24,348 nt of DNA from a virus. Its lineage: Duplodnaviria; Caudoviricetes. A program made the position numbers and the translations under genes. The stretch is taken from positions 1 to 24,348 of the IMG/VR virus record IMGVR_UViG_3300032277_000077; one strand, 5' to 3'. The notes below the pieces were generated by a model. The model searched no databases. It worked only from the letters and a program-made list of their open reading frames with translations, and was not told the DNA's origin. Positions 1 through 7,353 of the stretch are shown here, piece after piece (within the stretch, counting starts at the first letter, position 1; each line of letters begins with the position of its first letter).

Positions 1-42
1 TATAAGACTGTGTTAGACTATCTTTTCTCTATCCGCACATAG

Positions 43-71
43 AGTATTGCAATAATACTTGCATTTGTAAA
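43..71 (-). promoter_or_regulatory. Possible leftward sigma70-like promoter overlapping inverted repeats (possible operator)
   Basis: Minus strand TTTACA-17 nt-AATACT with TG upstream of the -10; inverted repeat AGTATT-N5-AATACT at 43-59. Confidence 0.35.
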
Positions 72-97
72 GCCCCCTTTTTAGGGGGTTTTCTTTT
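69..97 (+). terminator. Intrinsic terminator, better U-tract on the plus strand (possibly bidirectional)
   Basis: CCCCCT-TTTT-AGGGGG hairpin followed by TTTTCTTTT on plus; on minus only CTTT follows. Lies at the stop of the HTH gene. Confidence 0.55.
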
Positions 98-290
98 ATA
101 GCGCGATAAACTCATCTAAATTGTATTCTAAGGCACTGCAAATCTTGATGGCAGTATCTAACCTCACGTTGGTTTTATTGCGCCAGATGTTAACCTGCTG
201 TCTGTGAACGCCAACCAGTCGTGCAAGCTGTGAACTGTTTACGTTTTTTTCTTGCTGTGCCTTCTTTAAGCACTGGCCAAAATCTATCAT
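96..290 (-). CDS. Cro/C1-type (XRE) helix-turn-helix regulator, 64 aa
   Basis: LKKAQQEKNVNSSQLARLVGVHRQQVNIWRN...RLDTAIKICSALE is a typical HTH_3 pattern. Start placed at ATG 290 because AGGAG (303-299) lies 8 nt upstream. Confidence 0.85.
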   Translation of the reverse strand: MIDFGQCLKKAQQEKNVNSSQLARLVGVHRQQVNIWRNKTNVRLDTAIKICSALEYNLDEFIAL

Positions 291-302
291 TGGGTTTTCT
301 CC

Positions 303-313
303 TGTGGTATATT
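303..313 (+). promoter_or_regulatory. Extended -10 promoter on the plus strand (antisense to the genes)
   Basis: TGTGGTATATT matches TRTGnTATAAT with one mismatch; no clear -35. Confidence 0.45.
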
Positions 314-319
314 GTCGGT

Positions 320-377
320 GATGGTTTTCCCCGATCATCACTCCTATGGTTTACCCGCCCTTCGGGGCGGGGTTTTT
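320..377 (+). ncRNA. Candidate ~58-nt small RNA with anti-Shine-Dalgarno seed
   Basis: Bounded by the extended -10 (303-313) and a plus-oriented terminator (354-377); 5' hairpin GATGGT/ATCATC followed by ACTCCTAT. Confidence 0.45.
354..377 (+). terminator. Intrinsic terminator, plus-strand oriented
   Basis: CCCGCCC-TTCG-GGGCGGG (7-bp GC stem, cUUCGg tetraloop) then G-TTTTT; the minus strand has no U-tract. Confidence 0.75.
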
Positions 378-379
378 AA

Positions 380-688
380 CTAGAACGGAATGTCATCTTC
401 TAGTAAATCAGCTTCCTGCATTACCTCTTTAACCTTCTCGGTATTGCTAGGTGCGCTACCATCGGTATAAAAGACTTTGACGTTACCCAGTATTGGTGTT
501 TTCTCGCCTGCCTCGCGCTCTTCTTTGCTCTGGCTATGGCTGATAAAACCGTTGTTGTCATACTGGTCTTTGTTATCAGTATCGACAAAGGTTGTCAGGT
601 CTAAGTATGTTCCCTTAGCACCCTTATACAATCGCGACTTGTCGATCTTAGTTACATCTATTCTTACGTTTAATCCTACTTTCATCAT
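380..688 (-). CDS. Phage single-stranded DNA-binding protein-like
   Basis: 102 aa ending in the SSB-type acidic tip EDDIPF; beta-rich core; near a Sak-like recombinase; AGGAG RBS. Confidence 0.7.
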   Translation of the reverse strand: MMKVGLNVRIDVTKIDKSRLYKGAKGTYLDLTTFVDTDNKDQYDNNGFISHSQSKEEREAGEKTPILGNVKVFYTDGSAPSNTEKVKEVMQEADLLEDDIPF

Positions 689-697
689 CTTCTCCTA
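681..697. repeat. 17-bp direct repeat, copy 1 (TTCATCATCTTCTCCTA; RBS and start of ssb)
   Basis: Identical to 879-895. Confidence 0.9.
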
Positions 698-886
698 TCT
701 TGGTCTTGGGCAAAATGCTATGCCGCTAGTTGTTGTGTGAACTGCTTGTGAGCCAAAGCCGCATCTCCATGTGCAGACAACACCGCCTTGTCCCTTAATT
801 TCTGCAACCTTAGTCCAAAAACATGAACTGTAAACTGCTGTACTCATTGATAGTAAACTCAAAGCTATAATTAACTTCTTCATCAT
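695..886 (-). CDS. Small secreted cysteine-rich protein, 63 aa
   Basis: MMKK plus hydrophobic core LIIALSLLSM and cleavage-like AVYS; mature part has 4 Cys; AGGAG RBS. Confidence 0.7.
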   Translation of the reverse strand: MMKKLIIALSLLSMSTAVYSSCFWTKVAEIKGQGGVVCTWRCGFGSQAVHTTTSGIAFCPRPR

Positions 887-895
887 CTTCTCCTA
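879..895. repeat. 17-bp direct repeat, copy 2 (RBS and start of the 63-aa gene)
   Basis: Identical to 681-697. Confidence 0.9.
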
Positions 896-1501
896 GTTTG
901 CTTCCCTAAATTCAGGGGTTTTCATTATGGCGCGTTCTTGAGTGCTGAACACCCCGCCTTTGCTTGGTGCTTTCCATAGCAGTTGTTTCTCCGTATCTGT
1001 TAACTCTCGCCATGCCTCATTAGCGGTAGATAGATCGCCAGTAGCAATACCGTCTTTAATCGCCTTAACGCTAGGCAAAAGGTCAACAATCATATCTTGA
1101 TAGGCTTCTTTTTCTTTGCTTGCATCTGTAAACTCTTGCGGTTTAACCTGCCCCATGTATAGGCACATACCTAAGCCATGCATTGCAATCGCCTTAACTA
1201 AACAGCGTATACGCGCATCAGATATATCTCTGCTAGATGGGTTCTCGATAGCCTTGTTTCTAAAGTCCATAACAGGCAACCACATAGAAATAGCCTTGCC
1301 CTCTACAGTTACTGTTACCTCGACCTCTACAGTGTTGGTTTTCTCGCACCATCTAGGCTCGCTGTAGCTGTAACTAGAATCAGGATAGTGTTCGCAGAGG
1401 GTAGACCAAGCCCACCCCCACGATAGATAATGCAAGCCACCTTTAGTCTCAATGTGATTAGACACATCAATCTTTGATAGCGTACTCCATACGTTACTCA
1501 T
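893..1501 (-). CDS. Sak/Rad52-like single-strand annealing protein (DUF1071-like)
   Basis: LSKIDVSNHIETKGGLHYLSWGWAW, MWLPVMDFRNK and RCLVKAIAMHGLG are characteristic of this family. Confidence 0.85.
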   Translation of the reverse strand: MSNVWSTLSKIDVSNHIETKGGLHYLSWGWAWSTLCEHYPDSSYSYSEPRWCEKTNTVEVEVTVTVEGKAISMWLPVMDFRNKAIENPSSRDISDARIRCLVKAIAMHGLGMCLYMGQVKPQEFTDASKEKEAYQDMIVDLLPSVKAIKDGIATGDLSTANEAWRELTDTEKQLLWKAPSKGGVFSTQERAIMKTPEFREAN

Positions 1502-1695
1502 TTATATTCTCCCATAGTTTGTTTTATAAAAGGTTCAAAGATGTCCTCGTTATACCAAGAGGCGCAGGCTTCTTTGGCATACTGCTCGCCATAGCCTCTG
1601 TAGTATTCATCTGAATCGCAATCTCTTGCTTGATGACCATGAACGCAGTCCCATTCTCCGCGCTCGTAGTCAGAAAGTTTGTTAATGTCTGTCAT
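1498..1695 (-). CDS. Hypothetical phage early protein, 65 aa
   Basis: GAGG RBS; ATGA overlap with the Sak gene; YERG...YYRGYGEQY motif. Confidence 0.7.
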   Translation of the reverse strand: MTDINKLSDYERGEWDCVHGHQARDCDSDEYYRGYGEQYAKEACASWYNEDIFEPFIKQTMGEYK

Positions 1696-1728
1696 TTTTT
1701 ATACCTCATTTGATTAAGTGACAAGCAA

Positions 1729-1757
1729 AGGTTAAACGATTACTTAACAAATGTAAA
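1729..1757 (-). promoter_or_regulatory. Sigma70-like promoter for the early recombination module
   Basis: TTTACA-17 nt-TAACCT in an AT-rich gap just after the late terminator. Confidence 0.5.
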
Positions 1758-1777
1758 CAGTTAATTTAACTTTAGGC

Positions 1778-1803
1778 AAAAAAAAGCCCCACATAAGTAG
1801 GGC
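1778..1803 (-). terminator. Intrinsic terminator ending the late/lysis operon
   Basis: GCCCTAC-TTAT-GTGGGGC followed by T8, downstream of the endolysin stop. Confidence 0.85.
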
Positions 1804-1823
1804 AAAGGGAGTACACTATGAAA

Positions 1824-2252
1824 CTAGTAAGACCAGATTGCTTCTTCTGGGAAATAATCGCGGTCAGGAAAGTCTTCTTTCGTACAAATGTCTAAGTGGA
1901 TAAATCTGTTCATTCCTTTTTGCTGTACGCCAATGCGGGTAATACCGTTAGCAATAGCGACTGATACTAACTCCATCGCCTGCGCTCCACTTACTGCAAT
2001 GTCGATAGCCTTGCCTGTGCAGTGTGCGCCTGTAGCTTGCTTGCGCGACTCGTTAGGGTGAGTAGGATGCCTATAGGCGCTAGTTACTCTGAAAGGAAAA
2101 TCGCATTCTTCTCGAATCTTGTTTAGTAGATCAAGAAACTCTTCATCAAACTTATACTCGCCAGTATGCTTGCACTTTAATTCACGCTCTGAAAAGTAGC
2201 TTTTTTTCTTAGCTTTCTTTGGCTTTTTTTCTTCTTTAATTTCTTCTGTCAT
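1824..2252 (-). CDS. Endolysin, peptidase M15 family (Zn D-Ala-D-Ala/LAS peptidase)
   Basis: YFSERELKC, SAYR, H-x6-D (AHCTGKAID) and FIHLD zinc-ligand motifs; downstream of a holin. Confidence 0.85.
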   Translation of the reverse strand: MTEEIKEEKKPKKAKKKSYFSERELKCKHTGEYKFDEEFLDLLNKIREECDFPFRVTSAYRHPTHPNESRKQATGAHCTGKAIDIAVSGAQAMELVSVAIANGITRIGVQQKGMNRFIHLDICTKEDFPDRDYFPEEAIWSY

Positions 2253-2260
2253 ATTAACCT

Positions 2261-2974
2261 CTAATCGTCTTTGACCAGTATAGCTTCTAAGAAAATGCTG
2301 ACTTCGTTTTCACTAGAACTGCTTTTAGCCTCAAAGTGAAAGTCTGATTTCTCGCCTATCTTGAATGGTACTTGGCGATCAAAGCTAACTTGGCTTGTTG
2401 AAAATGTCGCTTCTGCTACTCGTAAAGTCCGACCTGCACTAGTAGTAACAACATTACGGAACGTCAAATACTTTTGCCCATTGTTAGTACCTGAGCATAC
2501 ATCAATTCTGAGTAAATATAAACTATGACCTGCGGGTACAGTGTAGACACTGGATTGGGTTGTGCCTAAAGTAGCACCGATAAATCCATAGGTTGTGCCG
2601 CCATTCGCAATTGTTATGGTACCTACGTTAGAACCTGCCAGAATAATAGCTGAATTAATACGTAGGAATGATGCTGTCGTAGTCACTGCAACTGTGCCTG
2701 TCAGGGTTACTGTCTCGCTGATCTCTGCATAGTTAGCATCTAGCCCACTGATTAATACATCCATCGTGTCGCTTGCTGATGATGATACTGCTGTCATCTG
2801 TACGGCTGATGTAGGGAATGTATAGTTCCCGCCATCATCCCAAATCGTCTCAAAGGCAGTGCCGATAGTGCGATTAAAACCAAAGATATTCAATGGTCTT
2901 GTATCCCACATATTGCCTTTGACAATATCGTGAAACAGGTGCGGTGTTGGTCTGTCTTTGTGATACTGATACAT
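2261..2974 (-). CDS. Hypothetical beta-rich phage protein, 237 aa
   Basis: Long Thr/Ser-rich ORF filling the gap between holin and endolysin. Confidence 0.75.
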   Translation of the reverse strand: MYQYHKDRPTPHLFHDIVKGNMWDTRPLNIFGFNRTIGTAFETIWDDGGNYTFPTSAVQMTAVSSSASDTMDVLISGLDANYAEISETVTLTGTVAVTTTASFLRINSAIILAGSNVGTITIANGGTTYGFIGATLGTTQSSVYTVPAGHSLYLLRIDVCSGTNNGQKYLTFRNVVTTSAGRTLRVAEATFSTSQVSFDRQVPFKIGEKSDFHFEAKSSSSENEVSIFLEAILVKDD

Positions 2975-2975
2975 T

Positions 2976-3347
2976 TTATTTCCTCATATTCATTAGCTTG
3001 CTAACACCTTTGATGCCAAAGCTAGAGCTAATCGCAATAAACAAAAGATACTGATACCACTCAGGCAAGCCAGATAGCGCGGTAAAGCCTTGCTCTACTC
3101 TGTCGATAACAGTCACATCATTAATAATAATAGCATAGCCAATCATAAAAATAGGCACTGCCAAAACTACTGTCCAGAACTCGTCTTTCCAACTGTGTGC
3201 AGAGGCATCAACTGCTTTAGATTCCCAGTCGGCATCATTCTTTATCATGTTCATTTTGGCTTTGTGTTTAGCCTGTTTCTCTTCTGCCTTGTTCTTCATG
3301 TAGCCACCTGCTAACTTGGCTACTGGTGCAATTAAATTCATCCACAT
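2976..3347 (-). CDS. Putative holin (3TM/GTA-holin-like), 123 aa
   Basis: Hydrophobic segments around SWKDEFWTVVLAVP and LPEWYQYLLFIAISSSFGIK with a basic tail; start at ATG 3347 after AGGAG. Confidence 0.7.
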   Translation of the reverse strand: MWMNLIAPVAKLAGGYMKNKAEEKQAKHKAKMNMIKNDADWESKAVDASAHSWKDEFWTVVLAVPIFMIGYAIIINDVTVIDRVEQGFTALSGLPEWYQYLLFIAISSSFGIKGVSKLMNMRK

Positions 3348-3361
3348 GGTTTGTTCTCCTG

Positions 3362-3832
3362 TTATAAAGGCATGGCTAGGGCATCTAATGCCTGCCAAAT
3401 ATCATCATACTCCGTTTTGGCAGTATCCCAATTAGCCTTAATCTGATTTACATCTTCAACGACTAACTCAGCCTTTGCAACTATTGCTCTCATAGTCTCA
3501 ATATCTTTCTCTAGCTTAGATACGCTTGTAGTGATTTCTAAGAGCTTTTCTTGTTGAGAGGATATAGTTGTCAGGTTTGTTCCTAAAGTGGCTAATTTCG
3601 CGCTTAAATGGCTTATATCGTTGTCTTTAAGCTGTTGTTCTATTAGCTGTATAGATTCATGCAAAGGGGCTACGTCTGGAACGCTTACCGCCTCGACCGC
3701 TTCTAGTCTTCCATACAGACTTGATGCAGTCCAAACACCCCCGCCAATGGTAGAGCCAATCGCCAAAACCACCATAATCCATGCGCCCTTAAAAGTCTGA
3801 CCGCCTATCTTCAACTCACTGTCTTCAATCAT
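3362..3832 (-). CDS. Membrane-anchored coiled-coil protein, 156 aa
   Basis: N-terminal TM (AWIMVVLAIGSTIGGGVW) then heptad-rich helix; ATGA overlap with the upstream gene. Confidence 0.75.
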   Translation of the reverse strand: MIEDSELKIGGQTFKGAWIMVVLAIGSTIGGGVWTASSLYGRLEAVEAVSVPDVAPLHESIQLIEQQLKDNDISHLSAKLATLGTNLTTISSQQEKLLEITTSVSKLEKDIETMRAIVAKAELVVEDVNQIKANWDTAKTEYDDIWQALDALAMPL

Positions 3833-4662
3833 TGCTCACAATCCATCTCAAAGAAACAATCATAACCCATACCAATAGGTGATGTTTTGTAGAACTCTGA
3901 CTCTGTACCTAGTGCAAGAATATCTGCTTCGCTGTAGTACATATCAAGTCCGTAATTACCACTGCCGTTAAGCATCACGACTGTTAGGTTTCTAGTTGTG
4001 TTGTAGCCCATCGCTACCCACTGCGCTCCTGCATCATAGAAAATATTAACATCAGCAGATGTAGTGTTGTTATCCTCTATCGACTGCTGTAGAAAATCTG
4101 CGGCTTCGCTGTTTGCTACGGCTAAGTAAGCTGATGCTTCGTTAGCTGATGTCTCGATCTGGTCAACACTGGTATTGTATGTTTCTACCTCTTCCTGAGT
4201 GATCGTCAGCATATCCTGATTTTCAACAACAAAGGTCTGCACTTCTTCTTCTTGTTTGGGGGTGCTTGCTGTTTCTGCTTTCTCTGCTACCTGCTGTACT
4301 GCGATCATATCAACAACCACTTCTGTAAACGTACCGATAGCTACATCCATTTCCTCTAATGAATCCATAGCCATATCTTCTAGCACCTGCTGTACTGGCG
4401 CGCCATAAGGCTGATAGTTAGCAAAGTTTTCAACAGCTAGATTGTAGGCATCGACCTGCTCTGTCGTAATGTGCGCCGTGCTAGATAAAGTGCCATCAGA
4501 AAGACCGCCGCCAGTGTGCGCGTAATCCATACCTGCGCCAACTAGCTTAACGCCAGTATCAATCTGATCGACAATAGCAGAACTGCTATCAATCAGGTTA
4601 TCTAATTCACTGCTTTGTACTGCGGTACTTATCGCTAATAGAAATATTATCTTCTTGAACAT
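3829..4662 (-). CDS. Acidic secreted/periplasmic hypothetical protein, 277 aa
   Basis: Signal peptide MFKKIIFLLAISTAVQS; very D/E-rich; C-terminal Cys pair CFFEMDC. Confidence 0.75.
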   Translation of the reverse strand: MFKKIIFLLAISTAVQSSELDNLIDSSSAIVDQIDTGVKLVGAGMDYAHTGGGLSDGTLSSTAHITTEQVDAYNLAVENFANYQPYGAPVQQVLEDMAMDSLEEMDVAIGTFTEVVVDMIAVQQVAEKAETASTPKQEEEVQTFVVENQDMLTITQEEVETYNTSVDQIETSANEASAYLAVANSEAADFLQQSIEDNNTTSADVNIFYDAGAQWVAMGYNTTRNLTVVMLNGSGNYGLDMYYSEADILALGTESEFYKTSPIGMGYDCFFEMDCEQ

Positions 4663-5227
4663 CTGCGCTAACCTCTTTGCCTATCTGGAGAATGCCGTTG
4701 TAATACTTACGGTTATCCTTGTAATCAGGAATGTATAGTTTTGGGTTCTGCTTAATCAGCATCAACCCCCTCTTCCCCGCTACTAATCTCCCATTGCTTA
4801 TAAACGGGCATGGTGAACCCGCTAGGAGCATCGACTTATAAACCTCTTCGCTCTGGCATAGCATAGACACTGCCGCCACTTTTAACCCAAGAGCAGACAG
4901 CATTCTTGAATACTTTAACCTAGTACAGTCTACGTCTAAGGTGTAACCGCCTGAACTAAACCCAATGGCAACTGTCTGCACTGAGCCTGCTGTGCCTTTT
5001 AAACAAGTATCAGAGCCGTTAGACATAAAGGTTGGGCTAATTGCAGAGCCTACAGGGATTTCGCTTGATGAACCTGCGCCATTGTAGGTGTTGCTTGTTG
5101 ATGTATCTGTGGTTTGGTTGTTACTGTTGGTGACAGAGTTCTCACCATGATAAGTGTTTAAGCTACCCTCTTGATCGTTTGCCATAGCTAGTGATGTGAA
5201 TAGCCATAGGATAGCTATGCGTTTCAT
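4607..5227 (-). CDS. Secreted Cys-containing hypothetical protein, 206 aa
   Basis: Signal peptide MKRIAILWLFTSLAMA, N/T/S low-complexity linker, 4-Cys domain (DTC, VDC, MLCQ, AGSPCP). Confidence 0.78.
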   Translation of the reverse strand: MKRIAILWLFTSLAMANDQEGSLNTYHGENSVTNSNNQTTDTSTSNTYNGAGSSSEIPVGSAISPTFMSNGSDTCLKGTAGSVQTVAIGFSSGGYTLDVDCTRLKYSRMLSALGLKVAAVSMLCQSEEVYKSMLLAGSPCPFISNGRLVAGKRGLMLIKQNPKLYIPDYKDNRKYYNGILQIGKEVSADVQEDNISISDKYRSTKQ

Positions 5228-5472
5228 TGTTGTGACTCAAGCAACTCTCTTATGTGAATAATGTTTTCATCCATTCTAGCTAGGCGCACTTCATGCTCGC
5301 GCTGTCTGTTATCTAAAACAGAAACCCTTTCGCCGACAGCAACAATGTCTTTAGAGTTTTGCTCAACGCCGACCTCTACTTTTGTAAATGCTCCAGAGAC
5401 AGAAACAGCTTGCACTACTAATGCTAAGAATAGTGCTATGGGTACGTTTCTGCTTAGATGCCAGTTTTCCAT
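5224..5472 (-). CDS. Small membrane-anchored coiled-coil protein, 82 aa
   Basis: Start at ATG 5472 (AAGGT upstream); TM VPIALFLALVVQAV then coiled coil; ATGA overlap with the next gene. Confidence 0.7.
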   Translation of the reverse strand: MENWHLSRNVPIALFLALVVQAVSVSGAFTKVEVGVEQNSKDIVAVGERVSVLDNRQREHEVRLARMDENIIHIRELLESQQ

Positions 5473-5506
5473 GATTAAATACCTTTGTTGTATTTGCAAT
5501 TATAAG

Positions 5507-6778
5507 CTAAATAGAGGCGATAATAAAAGCTAAAAGTTGTTCATACCTAACCCCTAGCTGTGTAACTTCTGTTGCATCGCTTGGGGCTTCGCTTCTATCT
5601 GTGTACTTTTGACCATCATGTTCATACCAAGTATCAGAGCAAAACACTGCATACTTAGCAGGGTCTAATCCCTCATCAATAAATGCTTGCTGTAGGTCTT
5701 GGGCTATAATGCCAAAATGGATTCTAGCATTTTCGCCTTTTTCTTCTACGCTTTGTCTGTATTTGTATTTTTTTAACAGCCCTTTACAAACGACAGCAAC
5801 TCTGCGCTCTGCATCGTTAAGGTCTTCTATGTCTTGTTTTAAGCTACGGTCTGAGCCAACAATAGGATTGCTTGCTAAATATATTTTAGCCCATCTAGCG
5901 TATTGTTGCCCTAAACTGTGTGCGTTATCATCAAGACTAGCATTTTCATCAATAGGGTGTAACCCACTAAAACTAGAATTGCCTGAATAAGCCAACCTTA
6001 AACCAAAGCCATCAGGATTAATTATAGTTGGCTCTCTGCTGCTATAATTAGAGCCGCCTGTATTATCAATTCCTATATGTAAAAACTCTTTAGTAGTTCC
6101 GCTAGGGTATGTCGCATTGTCAATTTTGCCCTCAATAATTATAAAAGGACATCTTGATGTAGCTTCAATAGGTCTTGTAGTATTTTCTATAATAAAAAGA
6201 CCAGTGTAAGGTGTACCTGCACTCGCAATACGTGCGCCAGTATCCTGACCAACAGCAGTTTTTTCTGTTCCAAGTTTTAGGCTTGCTGACTGACAATAGA
6301 TGTCAGTAGTATCTCCGCGCAATTCAAGCAAATTAGTTGCATCAATAGATATAGTTTGACCATCTAAATTTATTGTAGATGAATTTAAATTGAATGTAGG
6401 ATTTGTGCCTGTAGTTTGCAAAGTTGTTGTAGAGGTCGAACCAGTATCAGCCAATCCTAAAGAAAATGAATTAGTTATGCCGCCTGTTACGTTTTCAGAT
6501 TTGAATTTGCTTAGATAAGGCACGCTAACATCTGTTGAGAATGGAATCTCTGCGCTGTAATGGGGTGAGACAACTGATAGCTGTGTTGCGTTTTCGTTTA
6601 TTTCAACTGTTGTTGTTGTATAGCCAACTGTGACTTCTGTAGCTTGTTGGTTGAGTATAATCTGGTCTGCGCCTGCAACCTCTACTGTTGTTGATTCCGC
6701 AGATACGCTAACATCAGTATCAACTCCGCTAGAAGATACTGTTGTGATTGCCTCTGTAACGGTAACATCATTACCCAC
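5507..6778 (-). CDS. Tail fibre/spike with C-terminal intramolecular chaperone (peptidase S74)
   Basis: SDRSLKQDIEDL...HFGIIAQDL...LGVRYEQLLAFII S74 signature; T/V/E-rich beta-strand N-terminus. Confidence 0.85.
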   Translation of the reverse strand: MGNDVTVTEAITTVSSSGVDTDVSVSAESTTVEVAGADQIILNQQATEVTVGYTTTTVEINENATQLSVVSPHYSAEIPFSTDVSVPYLSKFKSENVTGGITNSFSLGLADTGSTSTTTLQTTGTNPTFNLNSSTINLDGQTISIDATNLLELRGDTTDIYCQSASLKLGTEKTAVGQDTGARIASAGTPYTGLFIIENTTRPIEATSRCPFIIIEGKIDNATYPSGTTKEFLHIGIDNTGGSNYSSREPTIINPDGFGLRLAYSGNSSFSGLHPIDENASLDDNAHSLGQQYARWAKIYLASNPIVGSDRSLKQDIEDLNDAERRVAVVCKGLLKKYKYRQSVEEKGENARIHFGIIAQDLQQAFIDEGLDPAKYAVFCSDTWYEHDGQKYTDRSEAPSDATEVTQLGVRYEQLLAFIIASI

Positions 6779-7109
6779 GAGTAACTTCTCTAGTCACTTC
6801 TGCTTTGCCTTCAATCAAACGCTGAACAGTATTATTACCACTATGGACTAGTTCAACATCATAAACATAAGAGCCTGCATCTAAATCGTCTGTAGCTGTG
6901 TGCGCCATCTTCATAATGATAATGCCATCATCGTCATAGTCAGATGTGAATGTAAAATCATGTGCTGTTGTGTCATCGTATGTTTTACGCATTGAGCCGC
7001 GCGCAGTAAAGCCATCAAGGTTTTTAACTGCACCGCCCTCTTTAACTGTGAGAGTCAGGCTAAAATCTGAACCCTGCTCAATCGTTATGTCGTATTTACC
7101 TGCTGTCAT
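6771..7109 (-). CDS. Ig-like tail fibre adaptor (BppU N-terminal-like)
   Basis: YDITIEQGSDFSLTLT...GSYVYDVEL...RLIEG pattern; directly before the fibre gene. Confidence 0.65.
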   Translation of the reverse strand: MTAGKYDITIEQGSDFSLTLTVKEGGAVKNLDGFTARGSMRKTYDDTTAHDFTFTSDYDDDGIIIMKMAHTATDDLDAGSYVYDVELVHSGNNTVQRLIEGKAEVTREVTRG

Positions 7110-7110
7110 T

Positions 7111-7353
7111 TTAAACCTCTGGTGCGCTTGGGGGTAATGGTGTATCTACATCCATTATTAAATTGATTTCATATTCTGTGTCGCTTGTTGCGACTCCGTA
7201 AAAAAACAGAAGAACATCTTCGTTGTCAGCCTGTGCTGTACGCAGTGCAAGCATTGCCGACTCTGCATCTTCTTTTTCGCTGTGCCTGCTGTCTTCTACG
7301 TATTCAAAATAAGGCTCGTTTTCTAATCTTCTTTCATATCCTACCACAATCAT
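7111..7353 (-). CDS. Acidic hypothetical tail-region protein, 80 aa
   Basis: Fills the gap; ATGA overlap with the upstream gene. Confidence 0.65.
   Translation of the reverse strand: MIVVGYERRLENEPYFEYVEDSRHSEKEDAESAMLALRTAQADNEDVLLFFYGVATSDTEYEINLIMDVDTPLPPSAPEV

Noticed and set aside
291-341. N-terminal extension of the HTH ORF (81 aa from GTG 341)
   Set aside because: AGGAG overlaps the GTG or is only 2 nt from ATG 338; ATG 290 has a well-spaced AGGAG and gives a typical domain size.
710-826. 63-aa protein as a lipoprotein or o-spanin
   Set aside because: Y-S-S-C does not fit the lipobox at -3, and the gene lies in the early module beyond the late terminator.
3348-3398. Longer holin start, and a possible dual-start motif (Met-Trp-Met)
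   Set aside because: The longer start lies inside the upstream gene without an RBS; M-W-M lacks the charged residue of the lambda S105/S107 mechanism.
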